A stretch of 24,060 nt of DNA from a virus (taxonomy: Duplodnaviria > Caudoviricetes). The notes under the pieces were generated by a model. That model was not told the DNA's origin. It searched no databases and worked only from the letters and a program-made list of their open reading frames with translations. Positions 1 through 8,300 of the stretch are shown here, one piece after another. The stretch is from IMG/VR virus record IMGVR_UViG_3300041016_000526, positions 1-24,060 of that record; one strand, 5' to 3'. Position 1 is the first letter of the stretch; each line of letters starts with the position of its first letter. Both the position numbers and the translations under genes were made by a program.

Positions 1-691
1 AGTCACCTACTCCTGTTTCTTCAAAAGTAAACCCTAAGTCTCCAAATTGATAATTTAATTTAGGAACTACAAACTCCTCGTTTTTTGTAATTAACTCAGG
101 AGTAATTGTTTTTAATCTATCGTTAAGGTACTTGTTGTTGTTTTTGTCAAAAGTATTACCCGCCCCTTGCTCAAACTCTTGCTCAAATTTTTTCTTATCA
201 ACTTTTGTTTTTTCGCTGTCAATTTTTTCTATTCGAGCTATTTGTTCATTCTTTCGAGCAATTTGTTCATTCTCTTGTTTATATTTTTTTGTCCAATCTC
301 TTTCTTCATTTGATATTTGCTCTTCAGAAATAATTGGTAATTGCTCTTTGACAGATGGCTTTGGTATTAATTCCGGTATTAAGGATGCGTTTTTATTTTG
401 GCTTGAAGAAGCCGAAGAAACATCTTCTGAAGAAGATGCCAAAGTAGGTTCCTGTTCGGGAAGACGTTGCAATGAAACGGATGGTTCTTTTTTTTTTACG
501 GGTTCCTTTCCTAAAAAAGCATCTATGTTAACACCACTTGGAGCTTCTTCACCCATCCACGAGAACATCTTCTGTGAGTACTCAGAAGAGTTCATATTCA
601 CTTTAAAGTTCTCAAAAGACATTTTTCCTTGATACGATGGGTCTCTATTTACAATACTACCATAAAAATCTTGCAGATACTTTTCGTCCAT
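1..691 (-). CDS. N-terminal 230 aa of a probably large internal virion/ejection protein (partial, runs off the window; absent from the ORF track)
   Basis: Hand translation from ATG at 691 stays open to position 2: MDEKYLQDFYGSIVNRDPSYQGKMSFENFKVNMNSSEYSQKMFSWMGEEAPSGVNIDAFLGKEPVKKKEPSVSLQ...NEEFVVPKLNYQFGDLGFTFEETGVGD. It starts 2 nt after the stop of the 562-aa gene. Function inferred from its position as third gene of the post-tail cluster. Confidence 0.8.
   Translation of the reverse strand, partial: MDEKYLQDFYGSIVNRDPSYQGKMSFENFKVNMNSSEYSQKMFSWMGEEAPSGVNIDAFLGKEPVKKKEPSVSLQRLPEQEPTLASSSEDVSSASSSQNKNASLIPELIPKPSVKEQLPIISEEQISNEERDWTKKYKQENEQIARKNEQIARIEKIDSEKTKVDKKKFEQEFEQGAGNTFDKNNNKYLNDRLKTITPELITKNEEFVVPKLNYQFGDLGFTFEETGVGD
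232..273. repeat. 21-nt tandem duplication (2 copies) within CDS
   Basis: ttcgagctatttgttcattct / ttcgagcaatttgttcattct, one mismatch; encodes NEQIAR-K-NEQIAR on the minus strand. Confidence 0.85.
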
Positions 692-693
692 AA

Positions 694-2382
694 TTATTTA
701 TTTTGTGCTTCTTTTAAATCAGTAATAAATTTTTCTAATTTAGCTTTAGATTCACCTGCTTTGTCTCCCATATCAAATCCTATCTTTACAGGGTCTATAA
801 TACCATTCGGAGCTGTAAATGTAACATAGTCAGCAACGACACCTGTAGCTTCCATTTTTATACCTAACTCATCCATAGCTGTTTTAAGACTTTCTATTGC
901 TTCGTCTTGTTCTAATTTAAAAGACGGCAAGTATATAGGGGTTGCTGCTGCCGTCGGCATTGGTGCTTCATCCTTTTTTTTAGTTGGAGGTCCTGTATCA
1001 AAAACGCTAGTTGTGTTCGTTTGTTTTCCTTTTAATAATTCTTTAACCTTTGCTACAACTTCACTTTCACTTACTACTTTTTCATCAATACCAAGTGCCC
1101 CTATTAATGATTTTGCTATTTCATTTGGGTCATCATTTACGTTAAAGCTAACTGTTTGACCTTCGCTATTTATTACAGTAAACGTTCCCGAAGCCCCGCC
1201 TTCGTTATCGTTGAACGTTGTCTTTGTAAATTGATTGCCTGTTTTAGTTTTAAAGTAGTTAGCTCCGTCAGAGCTTTCTTTATCGTCCCCTGTTATTAGT
1301 TTTATTATATTATCGGCATATACTTGTGCTAATGCTTTCTTCTGAGCAAGTTCATATTTCCATTGTGCTGAAGTGTCAGGAGTAGTAGAACCTACCTTCA
1401 CTGTTTGTTTGCTGTCGTACATAGTCCTTGCCCGCATACGAAGGTAGTCTTCAGCAGCTTTATTTTGCTCTGCAGTAAGCACAATCTTTGTTCCATCCTG
1501 ATGGATTGCCGCAGGGTCTTCATCATTTTTATCATTTGTAAGATAATAATCTTTACCACTCGCGTCCTTATCAACATAGTCGAATAGGACAGAACCCGCA
1601 TAGTAAGGGTTCGCAAGCTGTGCTTGAATAATGTTAGTCTCGTATTTTTCAAAATCTGAAGAGTTCATTATACCCTCTTTGGTAGTTACTACCCCTTGTT
1701 TGCCTGTAGTTGCTGCTGTTGTTTGAATATCATTTATATAAGTCCCAAAGGACTCTACAAGCTTAGCTAAGTCAGCATCCACATTAGCCTTGTCCCAATT
1801 GCCCTGTATCAGAGAGTTTAGGTGGTTCATACTTACCGCTGTTGTTGGGTCTAATACACCCTTCTCATCTCTCTTCGCAGCCATTACTCTTCCTGTTACC
1901 GGGTCAAAAATAAATCCCGACTCCTTCCAATTACCATATCCCTCTACATTTGCCATTTGCAACATCTCTCCTTGAGATGATATGCCATCCTTGCCCCGCT
2001 GCATTTTTTCACCAAAGACCTTTTGATATGCCTCTAAAGTGTCAAAAGAAGCTCCTATATCATCCATTGTGTTTTGACGACCTGTAAGATAATCTTTTGT
2101 CTTTAACCTTCCCGCCTTGAACTCTTTCTCTTGCATAAGCAAGTACTTAGATGCGTTGTCGGCAAGTTCTAATGCCGCAGCTCTCGCACTCACATCGCTA
2201 CCCTCGGGAATCTTATTAATCTCAATAAGGTTCTTGCGAGTCTGCTCGTCAAGGTAAGCTTTTTTGTCCTCTCTTATCTTATTCTCTTCGACGAGCATAG
2301 AGGACATATTGTTCCCTATCTCTGCCCAATTGACGTAGCTGTCTGCCTGCCGTTCTGCGTACTTATAATATGTGCCTGCCAT
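694..2382 (-). CDS. Putative internal virion/ejection protein, 562 aa
   Basis: Long ORF, charged and helical-looking, no Cys; second gene of the cluster after the nozzle and GNAT-like genes (position analogous to T7 gp15 / P22 gp20). Confidence 0.6.
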   Translation of the reverse strand: MAGTYYKYAERQADSYVNWAEIGNNMSSMLVEENKIREDKKAYLDEQTRKNLIEINKIPEGSDVSARAAALELADNASKYLLMQEKEFKAGRLKTKDYLTGRQNTMDDIGASFDTLEAYQKVFGEKMQRGKDGISSQGEMLQMANVEGYGNWKESGFIFDPVTGRVMAAKRDEKGVLDPTTAVSMNHLNSLIQGNWDKANVDADLAKLVESFGTYINDIQTTAATTGKQGVVTTKEGIMNSSDFEKYETNIIQAQLANPYYAGSVLFDYVDKDASGKDYYLTNDKNDEDPAAIHQDGTKIVLTAEQNKAAEDYLRMRARTMYDSKQTVKVGSTTPDTSAQWKYELAQKKALAQVYADNIIKLITGDDKESSDGANYFKTKTGNQFTKTTFNDNEGGASGTFTVINSEGQTVSFNVNDDPNEIAKSLIGALGIDEKVVSESEVVAKVKELLKGKQTNTTSVFDTGPPTKKKDEAPMPTAAATPIYLPSFKLEQDEAIESLKTAMDELGIKMEATGVVADYVTFTAPNGIIDPVKIGFDMGDKAGESKAKLEKFITDLKEAQNK

Positions 2383-2398
2383 AGTTATTCATTATCAA

Positions 2399-3163
2399 TT
2401 ATTCCCAACCCGTAGGTACATACATAGGTTCGTTAAGTGGTATCCCGCTTGTATTAACTATTGAAAAAGGATTAATACTGTTAATGTTTTTTTGTGTCAT
2501 AAGATTAGTTGGTCCAACTAACTCAGGAGCCATAGTAAGATTTGCTTGTGGAAGACTCATATTTTTAGTTGCTATAGGAGAACCTCCTCCTCCTTGTTGC
2601 GGTTGCTTCATATAAAGAGGAGCCATCGCCAACCCTTGTTGTGCCATACTCTCTACCGATGAAAATCCTTGAGCTGTTGCTTGTGCCGATGCCATCTGAG
2701 CGTTCTGAGCCGCCAACTGAGCGCCCTCAGCCTCGCCTAAGTCAAGCTGAACGCCAACGTCACGAAGACGGGAATCCTCTCCTAACTGCAACTTTTGAAT
2801 AGCGTCCATCTCAGTGCCCATAGCCGTTCTTACACCCGCCTGAGCCTCGTTCTGTGCCATCTGAACCCTTCCCGCCGTAGCTGCCGCTCCTCTCTCGCTC
2901 TCTACGCCTGCCTCAATAGACTGTGCGCCCTGTGCAAGAAGAGCCTCGCGCTGTAGCTCGTACGGCTCCTTCTTGATAGCCATCTTATCGTAGAAATTAA
3001 CCTCGAGCTTAGCACGCGCATTTTCCATAGCTGCCGCCGCTGCCGCCTCGGCTTTACTCTGAGCCTTTTTTTGTTTGTTAGCCTGAATAAAGGACCCCGT
3101 TGCGCTTGCCGCACTGATAGCTAAACCCCCTATTGCTAATGCTGTTGCTGTTGCTATTGCCAT
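2399..3163 (-). CDS. Putative small ejection (pilot) protein, 254 aa
   Basis: Hydrophobic Ala/Gly N-terminus (MAIATATALAIGGLAISAASATGSFIQA), then a basic patch and Ala/Gln-rich helical body; composition and position like T7 gp14 / P22 gp7. Confidence 0.65.
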   Translation of the reverse strand: MAIATATALAIGGLAISAASATGSFIQANKQKKAQSKAEAAAAAAMENARAKLEVNFYDKMAIKKEPYELQREALLAQGAQSIEAGVESERGAAATAGRVQMAQNEAQAGVRTAMGTEMDAIQKLQLGEDSRLRDVGVQLDLGEAEGAQLAAQNAQMASAQATAQGFSSVESMAQQGLAMAPLYMKQPQQGGGGSPIATKNMSLPQANLTMAPELVGPTNLMTQKNINSINPFSIVNTSGIPLNEPMYVPTGWE

Positions 3164-3164
3164 C

Positions 3165-3578
3165 TTATAAAATTTTTATCATTTCACTTGTGTAACTATC
3201 TCCCTTTATGTAACCAATAGAGCCATAAACTTTTTCCAAAGATTTATTCTTAATCAAAGCGTAGGCATACTTGCTGCCCGAACTCTTGCAGAACTGAGTC
3301 AACGATGAGACCAAAAGTCTTATGGCTTCCTTTCTGTTTGGCTTTACATTATAAGTCTTGCTCGATATAATCCAATCCACCCAAGCAACCTTTGAATTTG
3401 TTATATACATAAATCCCGCACAGATAGGTTCTTCGTTGTCAAAAACAATTATACCACCCTCACCGTTTTCGGGTAGGAAGTCCTTCGAAGGAGCTTGCCA
3501 TCCCCAATCCTTCCACCACCCTACAAGAATACTATCGTAGTCGGCACTATTTAACTTTCTAACAATTAATGCCTCCAT
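3165..3578 (-). CDS. GNAT-fold (acetyltransferase-like) virion assembly protein, about 137 aa
   Basis: IVRKLNSADYDSI...GIIVFDNEEPICAGFMY...AWVDWIIS...LEKVYGSIGY matches the GNAT pattern. Start moved to ATG 3578 because the track's TTG at 3587 lies inside a promoter box. Confidence 0.6.
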   Translation of the reverse strand: MEALIVRKLNSADYDSILVGWWKDWGWQAPSKDFLPENGEGGIIVFDNEEPICAGFMYITNSKVAWVDWIISSKTYNVKPNRKEAIRLLVSSLTQFCKSSGSKYAYALIKNKSLEKVYGSIGYIKGDSYTSEMIKIL

Positions 3579-3584
3579 AGTATG

Positions 3585-3592
3585 CAAAGATA
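3585..3592 (-). promoter_or_regulatory. Bacteroidota-type -7 promoter box TATCTTTG
   Basis: Exact TAnnTTTG match followed by CA, intergenic, just upstream of the GNAT/ejection cluster. Confidence 0.65.
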
Positions 3593-3598
3593 TTAAAT

Positions 3599-4408
3599 TT
3601 AAGGAAAACTTTTCATAGCATCTGCCTCAACAGCAAATAATTCTATCTTACTATTAGAATCGTTCTGCATAGTAAACTTGCAATAGTGACCCAAGACCCC
3701 GTGAGACTCAGCGACAGAGTTCTTAATATACAAGAAAAACTGTACGTTTCCCGGAATGGGAACTGTGCCGGGGATTGTGGTATCTATGACAAGTTGGTTT
3801 ACGCCTGCGGGGTAGTTTATGTTTATATTCGTCACCTCACCAACAAGCTGCGGTGTCAATGCTCCATAATATAGGTAGTCACCGATACTAACAATGTCTC
3901 CGATAGATATCAATGGAGATATGCTAAAGTTAACTGTTGCTATTCCAACCCCAATCGTAACAGTTAAGCTGTTGCCTATTCCGTTTAAGCTCCTTAGAGA
4001 TAGCTGCCCCACTGCGTCGTTTCTGACAAAGGCGAAATATGCCGCTTCTTTCTTCTCAAAGTAATCTGAATCAATAAATCCCGATACCTGTAGGTCTGTC
4101 TCTAACTGCATATCCCAAATAGAATCTCCCTGAAGGTATATCGTCTTGAATAGTTTATTCTCAAGGACGGCATTATTAATAACACTCTGCAATGTCGTTG
4201 GAGAAAAAGCACCCAATGGGAGACCAACGGCAGACCACCAATCTTGGTAGAATGTATTTCTGTTGCTATTTGTATTGTGTCTGTATAAGTTACCTCCCTT
4301 GAAGGTATAGAAATAACTATTCATACCGACCATATAGTCGGGGTAATAAGAGTAAAAAGACACCCATCCTTTGACTCCCTCGCTATTCGTTAGTGTGTAG
4401 TTTGACAT
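3599..4408 (-). CDS. C-terminal part of tail nozzle/stabilisation protein encoded as a separate gene, 269 aa
   Basis: TLTNSEGVKGWVSFYSYYPDYMVGMNSYFYTFKGGNLYRHN...KLFKTIYLQGD...FEKKEAAYFAFVR...GVLGHYCKFTMQN...IELFAVEADAMKS resembles the C-terminal region of crAss-like/Bacteroidota podophage stabilisation proteins. Confidence 0.6.
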   Translation of the reverse strand: MSNYTLTNSEGVKGWVSFYSYYPDYMVGMNSYFYTFKGGNLYRHNTNSNRNTFYQDWWSAVGLPLGAFSPTTLQSVINNAVLENKLFKTIYLQGDSIWDMQLETDLQVSGFIDSDYFEKKEAAYFAFVRNDAVGQLSLRSLNGIGNSLTVTIGVGIATVNFSISPLISIGDIVSIGDYLYYGALTPQLVGEVTNININYPAGVNQLVIDTTIPGTVPIPGNVQFFLYIKNSVAESHGVLGHYCKFTMQNDSNSKIELFAVEADAMKSFP

Positions 4409-4420
4409 TATATTTATTTA

Positions 4421-5335
4421 TTAACAAAGAGTATATACAATAACAACACCGTCAGCGACCTGTATTGATATATCACCACCACCGTCAGGAATTTTATAGA
4501 AACCATCTGCTAATGGAGAGTTTCCATAAGCATCACTATAAACAAAGTCAAATAGACCAACAATCCCCGGTGTTGAGTTCAGAGATGCGTTGTAATATGT
4601 CTCGGTAGGAGAAAGTAAACAGGCAAGAACCTTCGTCTCTTCTACAACGGTTGAGCTATACCCAACTAACGGCTCTGCACACCCAACAATCAAATCCCAA
4701 TCAGTGCCCCCCGCACAAACGGTAGCTATCTCAATATTTATTATATCTGATACAGCAGATGTCTTTGGGACAACCAACATACAGTTTCCGGGAGCCACCG
4801 CACTCAGTGAGACATCGCCCGCGGCAACCGTAACGGACTGCGTTGTGCCTAAGTTAATAAACGATACTCCATTGTATAGGTAGTTTATCAATGTCGGATA
4901 TGTTGTGCCTGATATACCACAATCAAAAGCTGTATCTCCAATATAAGTGAAGCCTATTGGGTTGGTGCTCTGATGGAGACCATCAACGGGGGATGTTATC
5001 TTATTATATACGGACGAGCCTAATATAGTTCTTATACCATCGGGGTAACTTAGCGGGTTGAATCTTATTATTATAGCACCAACAACAGAAGACACATTTA
5101 TATTTACAGCATACACGCCTAAGTCATCTGATGGAGCAATTGGTACAGCACAAGGATAAGAACAGCTCGGGCAAGGTTGCTGAGGTAGCAATACACACGA
5201 TACCTGTCGTCTTGTTATAACGCCATCAGAGTAAAACCCGTCGTTAGCACACACTGTAAGAGAGCTATCGTAGTATATAGTGGTAGCACTAGCTAGTGAC
5301 GGTGCATCTAAAAAATATGTTTGTTGAATAGGCAT
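4421..5335 (-). CDS. Cys-rich, beta-strand-rich tail-associated protein, 304 aa
   Basis: Rich in Ser/Thr/Gly/Val/Cys, CPSCSYPC motif, two copies of a YxD...DGFY...QV module; lies between the two nozzle parts. Confidence 0.55.
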   Translation of the reverse strand: MPIQQTYFLDAPSLASATTIYYDSSLTVCANDGFYSDGVITRRQVSCVLLPQQPCPSCSYPCAVPIAPSDDLGVYAVNINVSSVVGAIIIRFNPLSYPDGIRTILGSSVYNKITSPVDGLHQSTNPIGFTYIGDTAFDCGISGTTYPTLINYLYNGVSFINLGTTQSVTVAAGDVSLSAVAPGNCMLVVPKTSAVSDIINIEIATVCAGGTDWDLIVGCAEPLVGYSSTVVEETKVLACLLSPTETYYNASLNSTPGIVGLFDFVYSDAYGNSPLADGFYKIPDGGGDISIQVADGVVIVYTLC

Positions 5336-5345
5336 AGTTTTATTT

Positions 5346-8300
5346 TTAACAAGTACAAGAATCTATTCTTACGTATACATCTCCTGATATCACCTCAAAT
5401 AAAAGTGGACCCGAAGGGTTGTTAGTTACACAAATGCTAAATATAGTTTCCGCCGGATTCAACTCTATTGATAGAGGAGAATCATCAACACCTCCACAAG
5501 CAACACTCTGACCAAGAGGAAATAAAACCTCAGCAGGGTTGACGGTGCTTGTATTTTGTATAAATATTTGAACACACTCATCAAAACAACCCTCACAGTC
5601 ACAACAGATTTCTTTTTTAGCGTTTACCGTAGATAGCTCTGTGAAACACAGCTCTATCGGAATCGAATCTCTTAAGTCCCATATCAAGTATAGGTAGCTT
5701 CCTAACGCAGTTGCAGGAACCAAAAAGGGTGCTTGAAATAAAGGAGTAGCACCTGTGATAGGGATAGCTTCTGTAGCTGCTGTTAGTATAAATTGTATAC
5801 CCATAGAGGTATTAGGGTAAAGAACATTTGTCCTAGCGTACAAAAACCTGTCACTTAGTATATCAAAATCAAAAGTATCGGGGACAATTTTATTCGTCTG
5901 TAACGTCATTACACTAAACTCAGGAGGGAATCCTCCGCTCCCCACGTTGCCCGTAATAACATTGTACCTTGAGACAACAGGATTGTTGGTGCTGCTTGTA
6001 AATATAACAGAGGATGACTGAAGTGCACCTATAAAGGTTCCGTATGTATATCTGTAGCCCGTGTGAATACTCTGTCCTACCTCTGAGTTGTTTGTTAGAA
6101 CCACCTCAACTATAGTCAAAGACTCGATGGTTGGACACTGTTGTATGATGTTAATAACTAACTGCGCTGATGTATATATTATTGTAACAAAGACAGTCTG
6201 CTCAGATATATCGTCCTTAACGATTGTCAAGCTACCCGATACTGCTGTAGGTCCCGATGTGTACGGAGTTCCGTTATATATAGCGTTAACCTGAAAGTTT
6301 CCTCCCGTGTTTGACAGAACTGTCCACGTTAGGTCGGCATCCCCAATGAGCGCTCCCATATTTACGCAAAACGAATAGGTAAGCTCCAATGGTGGTGCTC
6401 CATCAACTATCGCCTGTGTTAGGGTAAGGGTTTGCTTTACGCCACAATCAAGACACAAATCATCCACAGGGATTAATCTCTCGTTGGTAGATAATACATA
6501 CTCATTCATATAAGGGTCATAGCCACCTAACTTCTGTGTGTTAAACGAGGCGTTAAACTCATCCCTAAACCAAGTCCTAAGACCATCTTCAGAGATAACA
6601 TTAAGTGTCTCGTTTGCGTGTGAGTTGCCTACAAGCTGAATTACAGCTCCTCTTTTTACATCTGTAAAGTATCTGTTAGCTCCCCAATGCACATAGCTCT
6701 CGGGGTTGAAACTTATTCCATACTTCTCAGTGCGTGCAATCTGAGTCCCTAAGACCTCGGGGACAGAGACAATAACACCACCTGCCGCTGCGTCGGATAG
6801 TAAGTTCTTACCCGCCAAGACGTATGATATCTTATCCTCTTGTAGGACAAGAACGTCAGTCTCTCTTCCATCCAAGATAAATATCTCACCGAACGAAGAC
6901 TCTAGGTACTTGTAGTTCAAGAGACCTAAGTTAAACTCGTTGAGTTTGTTTAGGTTACTCTCGGCATTATACACTCCGCTATATGTTATGTCGGCAAATC
7001 TATCAGCCATCTTATAGTCCTGAGCGGATACCGATGTGACTCTCTCTCCGAGTGTAAAGTGTCTTCCTATTATTGAGTCTCTTATCTTATAGCTCTCTGC
7101 CCCATTTCCAAAAGAAAAGCAGTTAAAGAACTCTGTATCTACAACCCCCGATGTCCCTCCCGCTATATTTTGATTTGTTACATTCCCCTCGTGGTTGCCA
7201 AAGCTATCAATGGCAAAGGATAGGTTATTCTCAAAGAACACATCGGGTAGGGCATCTGTTGGCTCCGTCTCGAATATTATTGTAGATATAGCACGGAATA
7301 CCTTTATCGTAACATAAACATAAAACCTCTTCCCGTCTTTATCTCCGCCACCACCACAGCTCTTTCCTGTGTTAAACTGAAGTATCAGTTGGTTTGTTAC
7401 TGCGTCTCGAAAAAACTGAACCTCCAATGCGTCGCTAAAAGTTGTTGGCAAAGCAAGTGGTCCAACTGTTGAAATGAAATCAATATATGAGTTACCATCT
7501 ACAGACGTACCACTCGTTAATGTGGATGGAACATTGTCTCCGTTCCACCAATCCATAAAGTTATTGTAGTTAGAAGAGGATACAAATGTCTTTATATATC
7601 TATAACCCCTAGCCTCACATCCGCTATTAATTCCACCACGAATCCAATCAAAATCTAATTGAACCCTGCTACCTGCAGGAACACTATAATCTATATATGT
7701 CCAAGTTGGGTTAAGAGGGTCTGCACCTGTTATATTACAAGGGTAATCTAATTGAGCCCACTCGCCATTCAAATCAGTAAGTCCCGCAAAGGCACTCAAT
7801 TTACCAAAATTAATAGTAGCCAATGGGTCAGAAACCACACTAAATGAGTTTGGGTTTATCTTCATATATACACCCGCAAGGACAGCTACCGCTTGTATTG
7901 GTGTAATAAATGATGCCGGCTTGGTAGACTTTTCAAGAACGGTTGCGTACGCGCAGTTTGTAACAACTCCACTTGTGTCTGCCTTTACTATAAGCCTGTC
8001 ACCAACTTCCACCTTCATCGTGTTCTCTCCCTCAAGGAAAAACCACGCTTCGTTAGTAGAGCTGTCTGTAAAAAATAAATTAGTGTAGATTACCTCATAG
8101 TTTTCCATATCAGGCTTGATAACAAACTTGTATCTTGTTGCCCATTTCGGAGCTATCTGTGCAGGTGGTATTGTAACTCTAATACCGTTCTTTTGTGAAG
8201 ATAATCCACAAGCAATGTGAACCGTATTGTTAGGACTAACCAATGCTGTACTTGCTCTATTAAAGTCGTCCATATAAACAATACCAATTTCGTACCCTCT

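Noticed and set aside
132-829. Plus-strand ORFs of 166 aa and 66 aa
   Set aside because: Antisense shadows of the minus-strand genes (1..691 and 694..2382); Phe/Ser-rich composition mirrors Lys/Glu codons.
4409-5345. Read-through or frameshift joining the 1569-, 304- and 269-aa ORFs, or an intron/intein at the break
   Set aside because: Each ORF ends in TAA and the next has its own A-rich leader and ATG; no homing-endonuclease or intein motifs seen.
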